Of a DNA stretch of 64,000 nucleotides, positions 11,148 to 20,533 are shown in pieces. The notes below the pieces were generated by a model that saw only the letters and a program-made list of their open reading frames with translations, did no database searches and had not been told where the DNA came from. Within the stretch, counting starts at the first letter, position 1, and each line of letters begins with the position of its first letter. Source of the stretch: Planktothrix tepida. GTDB lineage: Bacteria; Cyanobacteriota; Cyanobacteriia; Cyanobacteriales; Microcoleaceae. A program made the translations under genes and the position numbers. The stretch lies in assembly GCF_904830955.1 (NCBI RefSeq), contig NZ_LR882970.1; one strand, written 5' to 3'.

Positions 11148-11230
11148 GGGTGTGGGGGGAACAAAGTGAAGTAGAGAGTATCAATGATGTTATCCTCTCT
11201 TCCTGTGTCCCTACACCCCTCTTATTTTTG
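11148..11230 (+). terminator. Putative compound hairpin + U-tract terminator downstream of rne; possibly a bidirectional terminator shared with the convergent gene
   Basis: gggtgtgggg (11148-11157) pairs with ccctacaccc (11209-11219) with one G-U pair. An inner agagag/ctctct hairpin sits between them, followed by cttatttttg. Confidence 0.35.
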
Positions 11231-11710
11231 AACTTCGATAATTTCTGTATCTCCAATTTCTTGATCATGAACCATTAACATTTCATGACCATTTCCTGTT
11301 AAACCCACTCGAATTTCATGGCGTCCTGGTGGCAATTCGGGGAGATAATACCAATTTCCATAAATTCGGGTTACTTTTTTGCCATTAATATAAAGATGAG
11401 CGTGTCCTTCTTGATAGGAACTCATGGCTTGATTGACATTTTCAGGTGTTAATTTAAAATTCGTTAATTTTAACTCTAAATTCCATCCTTGACGGGCATC
11501 AGGATGGACAATTAAATCAACGGTTGGAATGGGTTGACCCGGAGGAATCGTCACGGTTTTATGATGACCAGAAGAGGAATGGTGCTGTTGTTCATCGGCT
11601 TGGACAGATAATAGACCCAATCCTGTAAAATGACTCAAAACCATTCCCAATAGTAGAGAAAATCCCAGCACAACGTTTTTGTCTTTTCTCAGATTAAATT
11701 GCCAGTTCAT
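11222..11710 (-). CDS. Secreted/periplasmic His-rich protein (signal peptide; QQHHSSSGHH, HAH, GHE). Putative copper-responsive protein transcribed downstream of petRP.
   Basis: N-terminal hydrophobic signal sequence; His-rich; lies directly downstream of the petR-petP pair; promoter carries the same 26-bp motif as petJ. Confidence 0.5.
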   Translation of the reverse strand: MNWQFNLRKDKNVVLGFSLLLGMVLSHFTGLGLLSVQADEQQHHSSSGHHKTVTIPPGQPIPTVDLIVHPDARQGWNLELKLTNFKLTPENVNQAMSSYQEGHAHLYINGKKVTRIYGNWYYLPELPPGRHEIRVGLTGNGHEMLMVHDQEIGDTEIIEVQK

Positions 11711-11782
11711 GAAATCAAGACCCTATATCAAGAAAGTGTTTTTCCTTTGTTCTGGTCTTGATTTCTCACCCTCATGTTATTC

Positions 11783-11808
11783 TTGTCAAAAGACAGTTTG
11801 TCAAACTT
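11783..11808. promoter_or_regulatory. Operator-like motif TTGTCAAAAGACAGtTTGTCAAACTT upstream of the His-rich protein gene. Candidate PetR (BlaI-family) binding site.
   Basis: Near-identical 26-mer (24/26) also present upstream of petJ at 13766-13791. Contains TGTC-N4-GACA and TGTCAAAC half-sites. Confidence 0.5.
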
Positions 11809-11880
11809 ATAGGAAATTCAAAAATGTTAGCTAAAAATCCTTTATCGGGTAGCTAATCACTTTTTACTATCCTCTATTTT

Positions 11881-11915
11881 CTGTTCCCTGTTCCCTGTTC
11901 CCTGTTCCCTGTTCC
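11881..11915. repeat. STRR-type heptamer tandem repeat (CTGTTCC x5; rc GGAACAG)
   Basis: Direct reading: ctgttccctgttccctgttccctgttccctgttcc. Confidence 0.9.
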
Positions 11916-11928
11916 CTCTTTCCTAAAT

Positions 11929-12774
11929 TTAAGAATAATGAAAAGGAACTGTAATCCAAGGTAAACAAACCCAGAACAGTAACATCCACATCCACCATCC
12001 CCAGGTTAAAGTATCAGAATCTTCCGCTAAAATAGCATCGATTCGCTCTCCTAAACGACTACTCCGAATCGAACAACTAAACGATAAATTGCAATAAGTT
12101 GGAGATTTAAACGGAGCTTTGGCAAGATATAATAAAGATTCTGCTAACACTAACGGATCGACTTTTTGGGTTGCATAACGGTCAGCCCGCATTTCTCTTA
12201 ATAACAGTAATTCTTGCCATAGATTCTCTGTATTGGGTAGCCAAACTGTGAAAGTTTTTAACCAACCTAAAATACAAAACCAAAAGGTATCTCGATAGTT
12301 TAAATGAGCTTGTTCATGGGCAATAACGGCTTCTAAATGGAGGTCATCTAAGGTTTCTAATAATCCTCGACTCACCACTAATTCCGGTTGCCAAAACCCA
12401 ACTTGAGCACTGTAGGGAAAATCATCTTGTAAAATTCGGGCTGTTTTTCCCATCACCACCTGTTGAGACAGACAATCAATTCGGTGTTGAGACTGACACA
12501 ATTGACTCAGTAACTGAACCCCTGTGAACAGTCCCCAAGCGACAAACCCCACAGCTAGTAAATAACTAAACCAACTCGCTTGGAGTCCTAACATTTCCCC
12601 TTTTGTCCCCATCGACAACACCGCCAACGCCGTCATCAACAATACTAACGGAGGACAAACAAATAAAAATAGAGATTTTTGCCAACGTTGATGCCAACTT
12701 CTTCCTTGAGGTAAAGGCATCACTCGTAAACCCAGCGCCACTAAGAGTGCTAATAAAATAATCATTAAGTGCAT
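11929..12774 (-). CDS. petP: BlaR1-family M56 membrane metalloprotease; PetP-like copper-sensing protease
   Basis: Multi-TM protein with HExxH (AHEQAHL) in the M56/M48 context. Start overlaps the stop of the upstream BlaI-like repressor. Adjacent to petJ. The PetR/PetP pair is known to control the cytochrome c6/plastocyanin switch in Synechocystis. Confidence 0.6.
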   Translation of the reverse strand: MHLMIILLALLVALGLRVMPLPQGRSWHQRWQKSLFLFVCPPLVLLMTALAVLSMGTKGEMLGLQASWFSYLLAVGFVAWGLFTGVQLLSQLCQSQHRIDCLSQQVVMGKTARILQDDFPYSAQVGFWQPELVVSRGLLETLDDLHLEAVIAHEQAHLNYRDTFWFCILGWLKTFTVWLPNTENLWQELLLLREMRADRYATQKVDPLVLAESLLYLAKAPFKSPTYCNLSFSCSIRSSRLGERIDAILAEDSDTLTWGWWMWMLLFWVCLPWITVPFHYS

Positions 12775-13196
12775 TATTGTTGTCCCTCCCGTTGACGACG
12801 AATGGCATCCAGACGTGAGGCAATGGCATCAATTTGTTCTAAACTTGCTGTATCCAAGCTATCGGCAAAAGAAGCCACTACATCAGGATTACCAATCGCT
12901 AAAAATCGATTTAAACGATCATAAGCCAAAATAGCCTGCGCTTGTTCACGGGTGACTAAAGATTGCCAATAAAAAGCACGTTCCTGTTTATTACAGGTTA
13001 ACCAACCTTTATCGGTTAAACGGCGTAAAACTGTTGTGACTGAAGTATAAGCTAATTCTCGATTAGGGTCAGCTAAAATTCGTTCATGAACATCTTTAAC
13101 CGTGGCAATACCCAAGTCCCAAACGATTTCTAGGATTTCCGTTTCTAATGGGCCGAGAGACAGTTGGCGAGGACGATAATCTGGCAAAGGGGCCAT
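12774..13196 (-). CDS. petR: BlaI/MecI/CopY-family winged-helix transcriptional repressor; PetR-like
   Basis: 140-aa penicillinase-repressor-family fold (LSLGPLETEILEIVWDLGIATVKDVHERI...YTSVTTVLRRLTDKGWL). Translationally coupled to the BlaR1-like gene. Next to petJ. Confidence 0.6.
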   Translation of the reverse strand: MAPLPDYRPRQLSLGPLETEILEIVWDLGIATVKDVHERILADPNRELAYTSVTTVLRRLTDKGWLTCNKQERAFYWQSLVTREQAQAILAYDRLNRFLAIGNPDVVASFADSLDTASLEQIDAIASRLDAIRRQREGQQ

Positions 13197-13367
13197 AAGG
13201 AATTAAGAGAAATACAACTAATTCGTTAGTTTAGTGGATGATTTGAACAGAAATCAAGGATTGGTGATGTTTCGACATGAAGATCTAATAAAGATACACC
13301 TCTCACCCTTTAATTGATCCAAGGGTTTGAGAGGTTTAAGGGTATTAAAATTTGGGATTAATTGATA

Positions 13368-13709
13368 TTACTTTGGCCAACCTTGATCGGCTTGAGACAA
13401 CACATAAGTCGCAACATCAGCAATTTGTTCTGGTTTTAAACGACCTTTGAAAGCTGGCATGGCATTTTTCCCGTTTGTAACTTGGGCTGTGATTGCCTCA
13501 ATACTATACATTCCATATTTTTCGAGATCTGCTTTTTGTAAGGTATATTTAGCATTGACTAGATTTTTTCCACCAGCATGACAAGATGCACAATTTGCTG
13601 AAAATACTTTACCTCCATTTGCTACATCTCCAGCCAATGCACTAGGAACAACAATTAAAACAGCCACTGCAATCATTAACAAGGCTGAGATTAACTTCTT
13701 TTTCATCAC
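13368..13709 (-). CDS. petJ: Cytochrome c6 (cytochrome c553) precursor
   Basis: Signal peptide + CxxCH haem motif (CASCHAGG) + conserved c6 C-terminal region ([13 protein letters not shown]...[10 protein letters not shown]). Confidence 0.9.
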   Translation of the reverse strand: MMKKKLISALLMIAVAVLIVVPSALAGDVANGGKVFSANCASCHAGGKNLVNAKYTLQKADLEKYGMYSIEAITAQVTNGKNAMPAFKGRLKPEQIADVATYVLSQADQGWPK

Positions 13710-13765
13710 TATTCTCCTCTGAGGAAATTAAATCAATCCTTCTATCGTGCAAAACAGATTTCTGG

Positions 13766-13791
13766 TTGTCAAAAGACAGGCTGTCAAACTT
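13766..13791. promoter_or_regulatory. Operator-like motif TTGTCAAAAGACAGGCTGTCAAACTT in the petJ promoter region (57-82 nt upstream of the petJ start). Candidate PetR site.
   Basis: Shared with 11783-11808. Confidence 0.5.
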
Positions 13792-13874
13792 CCAATTTAA
13801 AACCGTTTACATCTAGGCTGTGTAAGCTGCATACTACGGCACAAATAAATATTAAAAATTATTAATCAAATCGC

Positions 13875-15758
13875 TTAATCTGGAGTCGGAGAAATCTGTT
13901 TCATGACTTCAATATTAGCTGGCTTAATACTTGATTTTGCTTCTAAATCTTTAACTTGATTGGATTTTAGTTTGTCTAGCCAATTCACTAAAATCGTTTC
14001 GACATCATCAATAATCTGTTCTTTATTTAATTCTATGCGTAACTGATCTACAAACTTTTGAGTTAATTGTTTTTGTAACTGCATAGCTATAAAATCAGGG
14101 GGTTTATTTTTACCTTCCTCCAGAGATTTTTTAGGGTTTTCTGAAATAGCGATCGCAATTTTTTGGGCTACATTATTAGCAACTTGTTGGGGAAGATGAC
14201 GAACACCTGGAATTTTATTTAACCCTTTATAAATGGGGGATTTTTGGATGGATTGAGAAACTTGATAATGTACATAAGCTTCTAATTCAGGATGAATACT
14301 GGGTAAAACCTGAGTAATTGTAAGTTCAACAATCCGATTAGGAATTCCTGGGGGAACTTGTTGAGTCAGGTCTACAAAATCGAGGGCTTGATAGGAGGAA
14401 GCAGGATTACCGATTAAATTTTTAATCGCTCCTTTTTTCACAAAAGATTGAACTTGATTAACGCCTTGATTGACCAAAACTTGAATTAATTCTTGAGCAA
14501 AACTATAGATAAATTTTAATTTTAGATAATCAATAGTAGGCTGTAATCTAGGAAAATTAGCTCGATTCAAGTGATAAACGGCTGAAATAAACCGCAAGAA
14601 CAATAATTTAGGAATTAATAAAAACAAATAATACCATAATTTTAAAATAGCTTCCCTTAATGTCAACTCCGGTTGACGACGACGAAGGGCATAGATCTCC
14701 ATTAAAAATGTTAAAAAGAATAAGGTAATCCAAGGTAAATCAATCAACCAAAATCGGTTAACAAATTCACCATCTATTCCTAAATGTCGAAAATAAAATA
14801 ACTGCATTAACTCTTGCATTTCAGCTTCAAAAAATTGAAGTTCAGTTTCCCATCCATATTGTTCTAAGTTTTCAAGGCTCCAAAAAGTGTTAAACGCTTG
14901 TTTAGCGGATCGATCTGACCAAATTAACTCTGGGGCTAAAAAATTTAAGAGTTTAATTTGATATAAAAATTTTAAGGTGGGTGTCAGTCGAGTTGTAAAT
15001 TGGGGATCTCGACCATAAATATGATCAATAATTCGATATTTAATTTCCGTTAATTTCCCTAAATTAGGTTGTAATTGTAAGGGATAATTACGGTCAATCA
15101 GTTCTATGCTAATTTGACGAATTTCTTTCAATAAACTCTGAGATTTAGGGTGATTTAATCCGTTGTATTTTAAATTAACCTTTAATTCAGAAACTTTTCT
15201 TAAATAGTTTTGGCTAAGTCGATCCGGTTCAACCCCTTTAATCAGGTCATAGGTTAAACTAGGTTCATAAAAAATAATTAAAAATCGAATATTTTGATTA
15301 AAAAAAAGTAATTGCTTTTTCCAGGTTTTCTGATTAAAATAAACAGGACTCCAAAACAATTCTAAGGCTTGCTGAAAATTATTAGCCTTGACCTGATTTT
15401 GAAAACGTTTTTGAATTTCAGCTAAGGTTCCAGATGAATTAAGAACCGGAAAGGGAGGATTTTTAATGAATAGTTCTACACTGGATGTCTGAATCTGCTC
15501 TAAGGCTAGTTTAACTTGTTGAGATTCAATCCCAAATTGATTAATCGTTTTTTCAAGTTGATCAATTTGTTGTAAATATTGATTTTGAGGCGTATTTTCA
15601 GATTGTTGTTGATGTTGATCTATTTTTAAATAATATTCCCGAAATTTTATGTAGCTTAAATCAAAAATAACTAAACAGAAATTAGCAGTGACAACTAGAG
15701 CTAGAATTCGAGCCGTGAGTAGGGATAAACCACTGGATGGAGAAGATGACAATCGCAT
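13875..15758 (-). CDS. Hypothetical protein with N-terminal and central TM segments (627 aa)
   Basis: ORF with hydrophobic segments. Start is 19 nt downstream of the stop of the upstream flippase-like gene. Confidence 0.4.
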   Translation of the reverse strand: MRLSSSPSSGLSLLTARILALVVTANFCLVIFDLSYIKFREYYLKIDQHQQQSENTPQNQYLQQIDQLEKTINQFGIESQQVKLALEQIQTSSVELFIKNPPFPVLNSSGTLAEIQKRFQNQVKANNFQQALELFWSPVYFNQKTWKKQLLFFNQNIRFLIIFYEPSLTYDLIKGVEPDRLSQNYLRKVSELKVNLKYNGLNHPKSQSLLKEIRQISIELIDRNYPLQLQPNLGKLTEIKYRIIDHIYGRDPQFTTRLTPTLKFLYQIKLLNFLAPELIWSDRSAKQAFNTFWSLENLEQYGWETELQFFEAEMQELMQLFYFRHLGIDGEFVNRFWLIDLPWITLFFLTFLMEIYALRRRQPELTLREAILKLWYYLFLLIPKLLFLRFISAVYHLNRANFPRLQPTIDYLKLKFIYSFAQELIQVLVNQGVNQVQSFVKKGAIKNLIGNPASSYQALDFVDLTQQVPPGIPNRIVELTITQVLPSIHPELEAYVHYQVSQSIQKSPIYKGLNKIPGVRHLPQQVANNVAQKIAIAISENPKKSLEEGKNKPPDFIAMQLQKQLTQKFVDQLRIELNKEQIIDDVETILVNWLDKLKSNQVKDLEAKSSIKPANIEVMKQISPTPD

Positions 15759-15776
15759 TATTAGAATCGCCTAGAA

Positions 15777-16739
15777 TCAATAAAATGAACGCTGTTTTTT
15801 AATTTCATGAATTCCCAGTAATAAGGTCGCTACAATTAAAGGAAGAAGATAGTAAATTGCGCGATAAGCCAATAAAGCTCCTAAAACCTCTGCTGGATTT
15901 GCTTCTGCGGAAACCAAGGTGAGAACAACGGTTTCAAAGACACCTAAGCCCCCTGGAATACTACTAATCATACTAGCAGTCATTGCCAATAAATAGATAC
16001 TAAAACAACTGAGATAGGAGGAAGTGCTCCCTGCTGGTAATAATAAATATAAAACACCACCCGCAGCCCCCCAATCGAATAATGCAAAAGCGATTAAGGC
16101 TAAGGAAAGGCTAACAGTTGGAAAATTTAATTCCCAGTCTCCCAGTTTCAAGGGTTGATGATTGAAACTACTCCATAATAAATAAAGACTAATAGTGAGG
16201 AGAAAGATCATTCCGATGGGACGAACAGAGACAAAAGGTAAATCTAAAATACTAGGAATTTGTAAAGGGGTGATTAGAAAAACAAACCCACAAACACCAA
16301 ATAATCCCAACCAAAATGTTAAGTTAGCGAAAGCAATCACTTGAGCAATCACACCCGCAGGAACACGCCATCCTGAATAGATTCGATATCGAAGAGCACT
16401 GCCTGTTAATATGGATAATCCAATATTATTACTAATAGCATAACTAATAAATGCACCGTAGGCAATTTTGCTATAATGCAGGGGGAAACCGATATAACTA
16501 AATGCTAAAACATCATAACCTGTTGTCATTAAATAACTAATTAACATCAGGAAAATTGCACCTGATTGATGAGTTTTAGGAATATTCGATAAACTGCTTA
16601 AAACATCTTGAAGAGAATATCGTTCTAGCTTTTGACTAATGGCCCAGATGGAAAGAGCAAATAGAAGAAAGCCAAGAAGAGAAGGCCAAATCTTACGCAG
16701 TCGATTCATCTCTGAATTTAACCATGAACTGGTGGACAT
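15777..16739 (-). CDS. Polytopic membrane protein, UPF0104 / lysylphosphatidylglycerol-synthase-TM (flippase-like) family
   Basis: About 8 predicted TM helices; N-terminal pattern typical of the TIGR00374/LPG_synthase_TM family. Confidence 0.45.
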   Translation of the reverse strand: MSTSSWLNSEMNRLRKIWPSLLGFLLFALSIWAISQKLERYSLQDVLSSLSNIPKTHQSGAIFLMLISYLMTTGYDVLAFSYIGFPLHYSKIAYGAFISYAISNNIGLSILTGSALRYRIYSGWRVPAGVIAQVIAFANLTFWLGLFGVCGFVFLITPLQIPSILDLPFVSVRPIGMIFLLTISLYLLWSSFNHQPLKLGDWELNFPTVSLSLALIAFALFDWGAAGGVLYLLLPAGSTSSYLSCFSIYLLAMTASMISSIPGGLGVFETVVLTLVSAEANPAEVLGALLAYRAIYYLLPLIVATLLLGIHEIKKQRSFY

Positions 16740-16758
16740 TGATTCTTAACCTCATGCT

Positions 16759-16823
16759 GGGGACAAGGGGACAAGGGGACGGGGGGACAAGGGGACAAGG
16801 GGACGGGGGGACAAGGGGACGGG
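16759..16823. repeat. STRR-type octamer tandem repeat (GGGGACAA/GGGGACGG x8) in the 5' region of the flippase-like gene
   Basis: Direct reading. Confidence 0.9.
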
Positions 16824-17001
16824 AGAATGGGAGAGGGGGGGAGTAATAGTTAAGGGTTAATATGGCGATGCCTTTTGTAGATCAGGAGGTGAAATACCTA
16901 ATACTAACGTTTCATACAGTTCGGTTTTTGGGTTGCCATTTTTGAATGCCCTAGAGATCAATAGATAGTTTTGCTCTAGGGAGGGAATGAAAACCAAAAG
17001 A

Positions 17002-17412
17002 TTACTTAATTTGGGCTAAATAGTTTTGGAAGTCTTGAACCCGTTGCTGAGTTACTTTTGTTAAGCAAGTGGTTAGGAATAAAGATTCTGCCGAACCTCC
17101 TAAAACTTCACTAGATTCAAAACGGCAGGTTTTGTCTCGGAATGAAATCCAAGCTCGTTGAGCTTCAATTAAGCGTTGTTTTCGTTCAGGTGACAGTTGA
17201 CCGATTAGGGTTTGGTAATTTTGATTGAGCTTTTTATCCGCTAATACATATTGATCGGATGCACACTTTTTCATTTCTAAATTTGTTCCATTCGGATTAC
17301 ACTGAATATTTTGAGCAATCACAATTGGGACTGTTGCCCAACTTGGATCGACACCAAACAAAAAATTCACCATTAAAAGCAATAGAAAAAAACCGGGTAA
17401 TAATCGTCGCAT
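17002..17412 (-). CDS. Secreted DUF1311 (LprI/lysozyme-inhibitor-like) protein
   Basis: Signal peptide; conserved DUF1311 core (KKCASDQYVLADKKLNQNYQTL...AQRAWISFRDKTC). Confidence 0.55.
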   Translation of the reverse strand: MRRLLPGFFLLLLMVNFLFGVDPSWATVPIVIAQNIQCNPNGTNLEMKKCASDQYVLADKKLNQNYQTLIGQLSPERKQRLIEAQRAWISFRDKTCRFESSEVLGGSAESLFLTTCLTKVTQQRVQDFQNYLAQIK

Positions 17413-17486
17413 ATTTTTTTAATAAACTCTGATTTAAGGACAAAGAACATTAGATCTATTCAACAATCCCTTCCGGTTTAAATCCC

Positions 17487-18740
17487 TTAAAACTTAATAC
17501 GCTGTCGGTGGTTGGCAACAGATTGGACAATGCCAATGGCAATCCAATTACTCAGTAAGGAAGACCGACCATAACTTAAAAACGGTAAGGGAATTCCAGT
17601 GACAGGTGCGATACCAATATTCATGCCAATATTAACAAACACCTGAAACAACAGCATACATAGCACTCCAATCGTAATTAAAGACCCGAAGGAATCTTTA
17701 GCCGTTTGAGCAATAATGACTAAACGTAAACAGACAAACCAAAATAGAGCTAATACAGCAATACAACCAATAAAACCCAATTCTTCCCCAACGGCTGAAA
17801 AAATAAAGTCTGTATGTTGTTCAGGAATAAAATTCAATTGAGTTTGAGTCCCTTGATACAGTCCCCGACCATACAATTGTCCTGCACCAATTGCAATTCG
17901 AGACTGAATTAAATGATAACCACTTCCTAACGGATCTTGCTCAGGATTTAAAAATCCAATCAGCCGCATTTTTTGATAGTCTTGCAGGACATTCCATAAA
18001 ATATGGCTTAACTGTCCCGCTCCTAAATTCGCTAATAAAGCCAGAGGGCCTGTCAACCATCTCAAGGGAAGACTCCACCACCCCACAAAACCCATCAAGA
18101 TCGCCCAAACAATTCCCACCGGGAGAGAAACATTAAATACAATGGCTGTAATCACTGGAGACACCAGCAAAATTAACCACCCCGGATGAATATTGCCCCA
18201 ATACATCATGCCAACGGTAATCGCACCAAACACTAAGGAAGTTCCTAAGTTCGGTTCAATAAAAACCAATCCCCAAGGAACCGCAGCAATTCCTAAAATC
18301 CGAACCATATCCCCTAAATTTGGCGTTTTTAACTCTTGAAGTAAAGCCGCCAAGGTAATAATAATTCCGACTTTGGCAAATTCTGAGGGTTGGACATGAA
18401 ACCCCGCAATATTAATCCAGCGTTGCGCTCCTAATGCCGTTGTTCCAATGATTTGTACCGCAATCAAAGACAAATTGGTAACGCCATAAATCACCCATCT
18501 CCACTTAATCAGACGTTCATAACGACATCGAGAAAAAATGAGAGCTAAGATTAAACCCACCCCTCCAGTTACCCAATGTTGCCACCAATCCGTTAACCCT
18601 TGGTTTAATTCCACACTGCGGATCATAATTCCCGCAAACAAGGTGAGAGCAATGCAACTCGCCATTAACAACCAATCGACTTCAGCCCAAGCATAAAATC
18701 GTGAACTCCGGCGACTTCCCACTCGGATTTTTTGAAACAT
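17487..18740 (-). CDS. SEDS-family peptidoglycan glycosyltransferase (FtsW/RodA)
   Basis: 10-TM SEDS pattern. C-terminal conserved block FIFSAVGEELGFIG...GIAPVTGIPLPFLSYGRSS. Confidence 0.8.
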   Translation of the reverse strand: MFQKIRVGSRRSSRFYAWAEVDWLLMASCIALTLFAGIMIRSVELNQGLTDWWQHWVTGGVGLILALIFSRCRYERLIKWRWVIYGVTNLSLIAVQIIGTTALGAQRWINIAGFHVQPSEFAKVGIIITLAALLQELKTPNLGDMVRILGIAAVPWGLVFIEPNLGTSLVFGAITVGMMYWGNIHPGWLILLVSPVITAIVFNVSLPVGIVWAILMGFVGWWSLPLRWLTGPLALLANLGAGQLSHILWNVLQDYQKMRLIGFLNPEQDPLGSGYHLIQSRIAIGAGQLYGRGLYQGTQTQLNFIPEQHTDFIFSAVGEELGFIGCIAVLALFWFVCLRLVIIAQTAKDSFGSLITIGVLCMLLFQVFVNIGMNIGIAPVTGIPLPFLSYGRSSLLSNWIAIGIVQSVANHRQRIKF

Positions 18741-18766
18741 AGTTTTTTAGTGCAACTTTTCTTAAC

Positions 18767-19120
18767 TCATTTATTGGGTTCATACAGGTATTCAAAGCCA
18801 TTTCCGTCAGGATCACGACCATAAAAAGAGGCTGTACCATCTCGATGTTCATGAATCGCCGTCACCGGAATTCCTTGGGCTTTTAACGCTTGATAGGCGC
18901 TTTCCATCTCACTGCGTTGATTAAACACAAAGCCAAAATGGGGGCCTGCTTGGTCATAACCAGGACTCAGTAATGCTAATCCATCTTCACCTGCTTTTAA
19001 ATAAGCCCAGTCCGCATCCTTCCAAACCAGATCCATGCCTAAGTTTTGATAAAACTGAGCGGATGAGTCAATATCGTTGACACAAATAGCAACATGGCCT
19101 AAACGTTTCAGGTTCATCAT
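18767..19120 (-). CDS. VOC-family (glyoxalase/bleomycin-resistance fold) protein
   Basis: 117 aa; LGHVAICVNDIDSSAQFY...GFE motif pattern. Confidence 0.6.
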   Translation of the reverse strand: MMNLKRLGHVAICVNDIDSSAQFYQNLGMDLVWKDADWAYLKAGEDGLALLSPGYDQAGPHFGFVFNQRSEMESAYQALKAQGIPVTAIHEHRDGTASFYGRDPDGNGFEYLYEPNK

Positions 19121-19160
19121 GACAACAATTAACGTCTCTATAACTTTCTATTGTAGGGAA

Positions 19161-20111
19161 TTAGTTACTAGATGCTGGAGCCGAGGGGCGGGGTTCAGGA
19201 ACCTCCGTTGCGGGTGCTGATTCAGTTTGGGGTTGGGTTTCTAACGGTTTCGGCTCAGGGGGTTCACCCGACTTAGCAGGAGCCAGATTTCCTCCGGCTT
19301 GTTTTTGAATTTGATCTTTATAAACCGCCGGAGCTAAATCAACCGCTTTAGCAAATAAAGGTTCAGCTTCTTCGGTATTTCCTTGTTGTTTTAAAACCAA
19401 TGCTTTTGCATAAACAGGGCGGAAATCTTGGTCGTTATTTTTAATCGCTTCATCGTAAATCGCTAGGGCTTCATCATAGCGTTTATCTTCAGCATAAACC
19501 TGCCCTAAAATTAATTGTACCGACATTTCATCAATCGTACCGGGTGCAGTTTGATTGACAGTCGCGGCAGATTTAAGCGTATCTTGTAATAATCCAATTG
19601 CCGCTTCAGGACGTTTTTGTTCTAAGAAAAGATTCACTAACCCTTGTAAGGCTTGAATATCTCCAGGTTGACTCGCTAAAATTGTGCGATAGGTTTGAGC
19701 CGCGCCTTCTTGATCTCCAGTATAGGCTTTAGCCTGTGCTAAAAGAACACTGTAACGTGTATCTTCAGGGTGTTTTTTTGACAGTTTCTCTAAAGGTTCA
19801 ATCACATCTTTAATCTCCGCTTGCTTAAAGCGAATAAGCTCTAATTTAGCTTGCAATAAACCCTTCAAAGCCGTTTCATTATCTGGTTCTCGCTGCAATA
19901 CTAACTCATAACCACGAGCTTGTGCTTGTAAATCGGATTGTTTACCCGTTGGAGTTGATTGCGTGGGTGTTGGAGCAGGTTGTCGTTTGGACTGATTGTT
20001 TTCCACAATCCCACTAATCAGTGGCCCCATAGAAAATCCCACAAAGGCGATTACAGCTAACACTAAAACTACACCAATAAACCCACGACGTTTATCTACC
20101 ATGAAACTCAA
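19161..20111 (-). CDS. Membrane-anchored TPR-repeat protein with Pro-rich C-terminus
   Basis: N-terminal TM helix. TPR-like repeats. Shares the (R/K)GYExVL(Q/K)REPxNxTAL(K/E)GL motif with ORF 46760-47185. Confidence 0.5.
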   Translation of the reverse strand: MSFMVDKRRGFIGVVLVLAVIAFVGFSMGPLISGIVENNQSKRQPAPTPTQSTPTGKQSDLQAQARGYELVLQREPDNETALKGLLQAKLELIRFKQAEIKDVIEPLEKLSKKHPEDTRYSVLLAQAKAYTGDQEGAAQTYRTILASQPGDIQALQGLVNLFLEQKRPEAAIGLLQDTLKSAATVNQTAPGTIDEMSVQLILGQVYAEDKRYDEALAIYDEAIKNNDQDFRPVYAKALVLKQQGNTEEAEPLFAKAVDLAPAVYKDQIQKQAGGNLAPAKSGEPPEPKPLETQPQTESAPATEVPEPRPSAPASSN

Positions 20112-20533
20112 TCCTGAACTGATTAGGCCAACTTCCTTGTAGCTAATATCCTAACAGAAGCCAGAGACTCCCACTTAACTTTATTTTCTACAAACTCAGT
20201 CCTTCAGGCACAAAGCCTACGGATTTGTCCGATCAGCCTGTGGATTCAGTACAATAGGTAAGTTAACTCAAGATCAATTGTGATGGCAGCCTTCAAGCAC
20301 TTAACTTGAGATGACAACATTTTCTGACAGGATAAACAATAGGCTACGGCTTTAGGGTAGGCACAAATCAACCTCGGTTGTTTGTTAACAACAACGATCT
20401 AGGTCAAAGTATCTTTACTGCTTCCTATTCCTCAAGAAGGGGTGCAAATGTTGAAATGTCCTGATAGTGTTGATCCGTGACTTAAGTTTAGTGTCAAACT
20501 TTTACCTTTCCTCAAATCATTAGGGAAGATAGG

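Noticed and set aside
12566-12832. ORF 12566-12832(-) overlapping the petR/petP junction; similarly 5502-5687, 17891-18136, 21940-22122, 22696-22926, 23946-24209, 24843-25070, 25879-26064, 26647-26835, 28885-29070, 50396-50635, 50891-51214, 52316-52597, 54287-54631, 54315-54524, 54654-54893, 55517-55732, 56509-56718, 57936-58145, 59759-59944, 61923-62734
   Set aside because: All lie inside longer ORFs with recognisable homology on another frame or strand, so they are treated as shadow ORFs.
16759-16823. Considered whether the octamer and heptamer arrays could be CRISPR repeats
   Set aside because: Units are 7-8 nt with no spacers and no cas genes, so they are STRR-type microsatellites.
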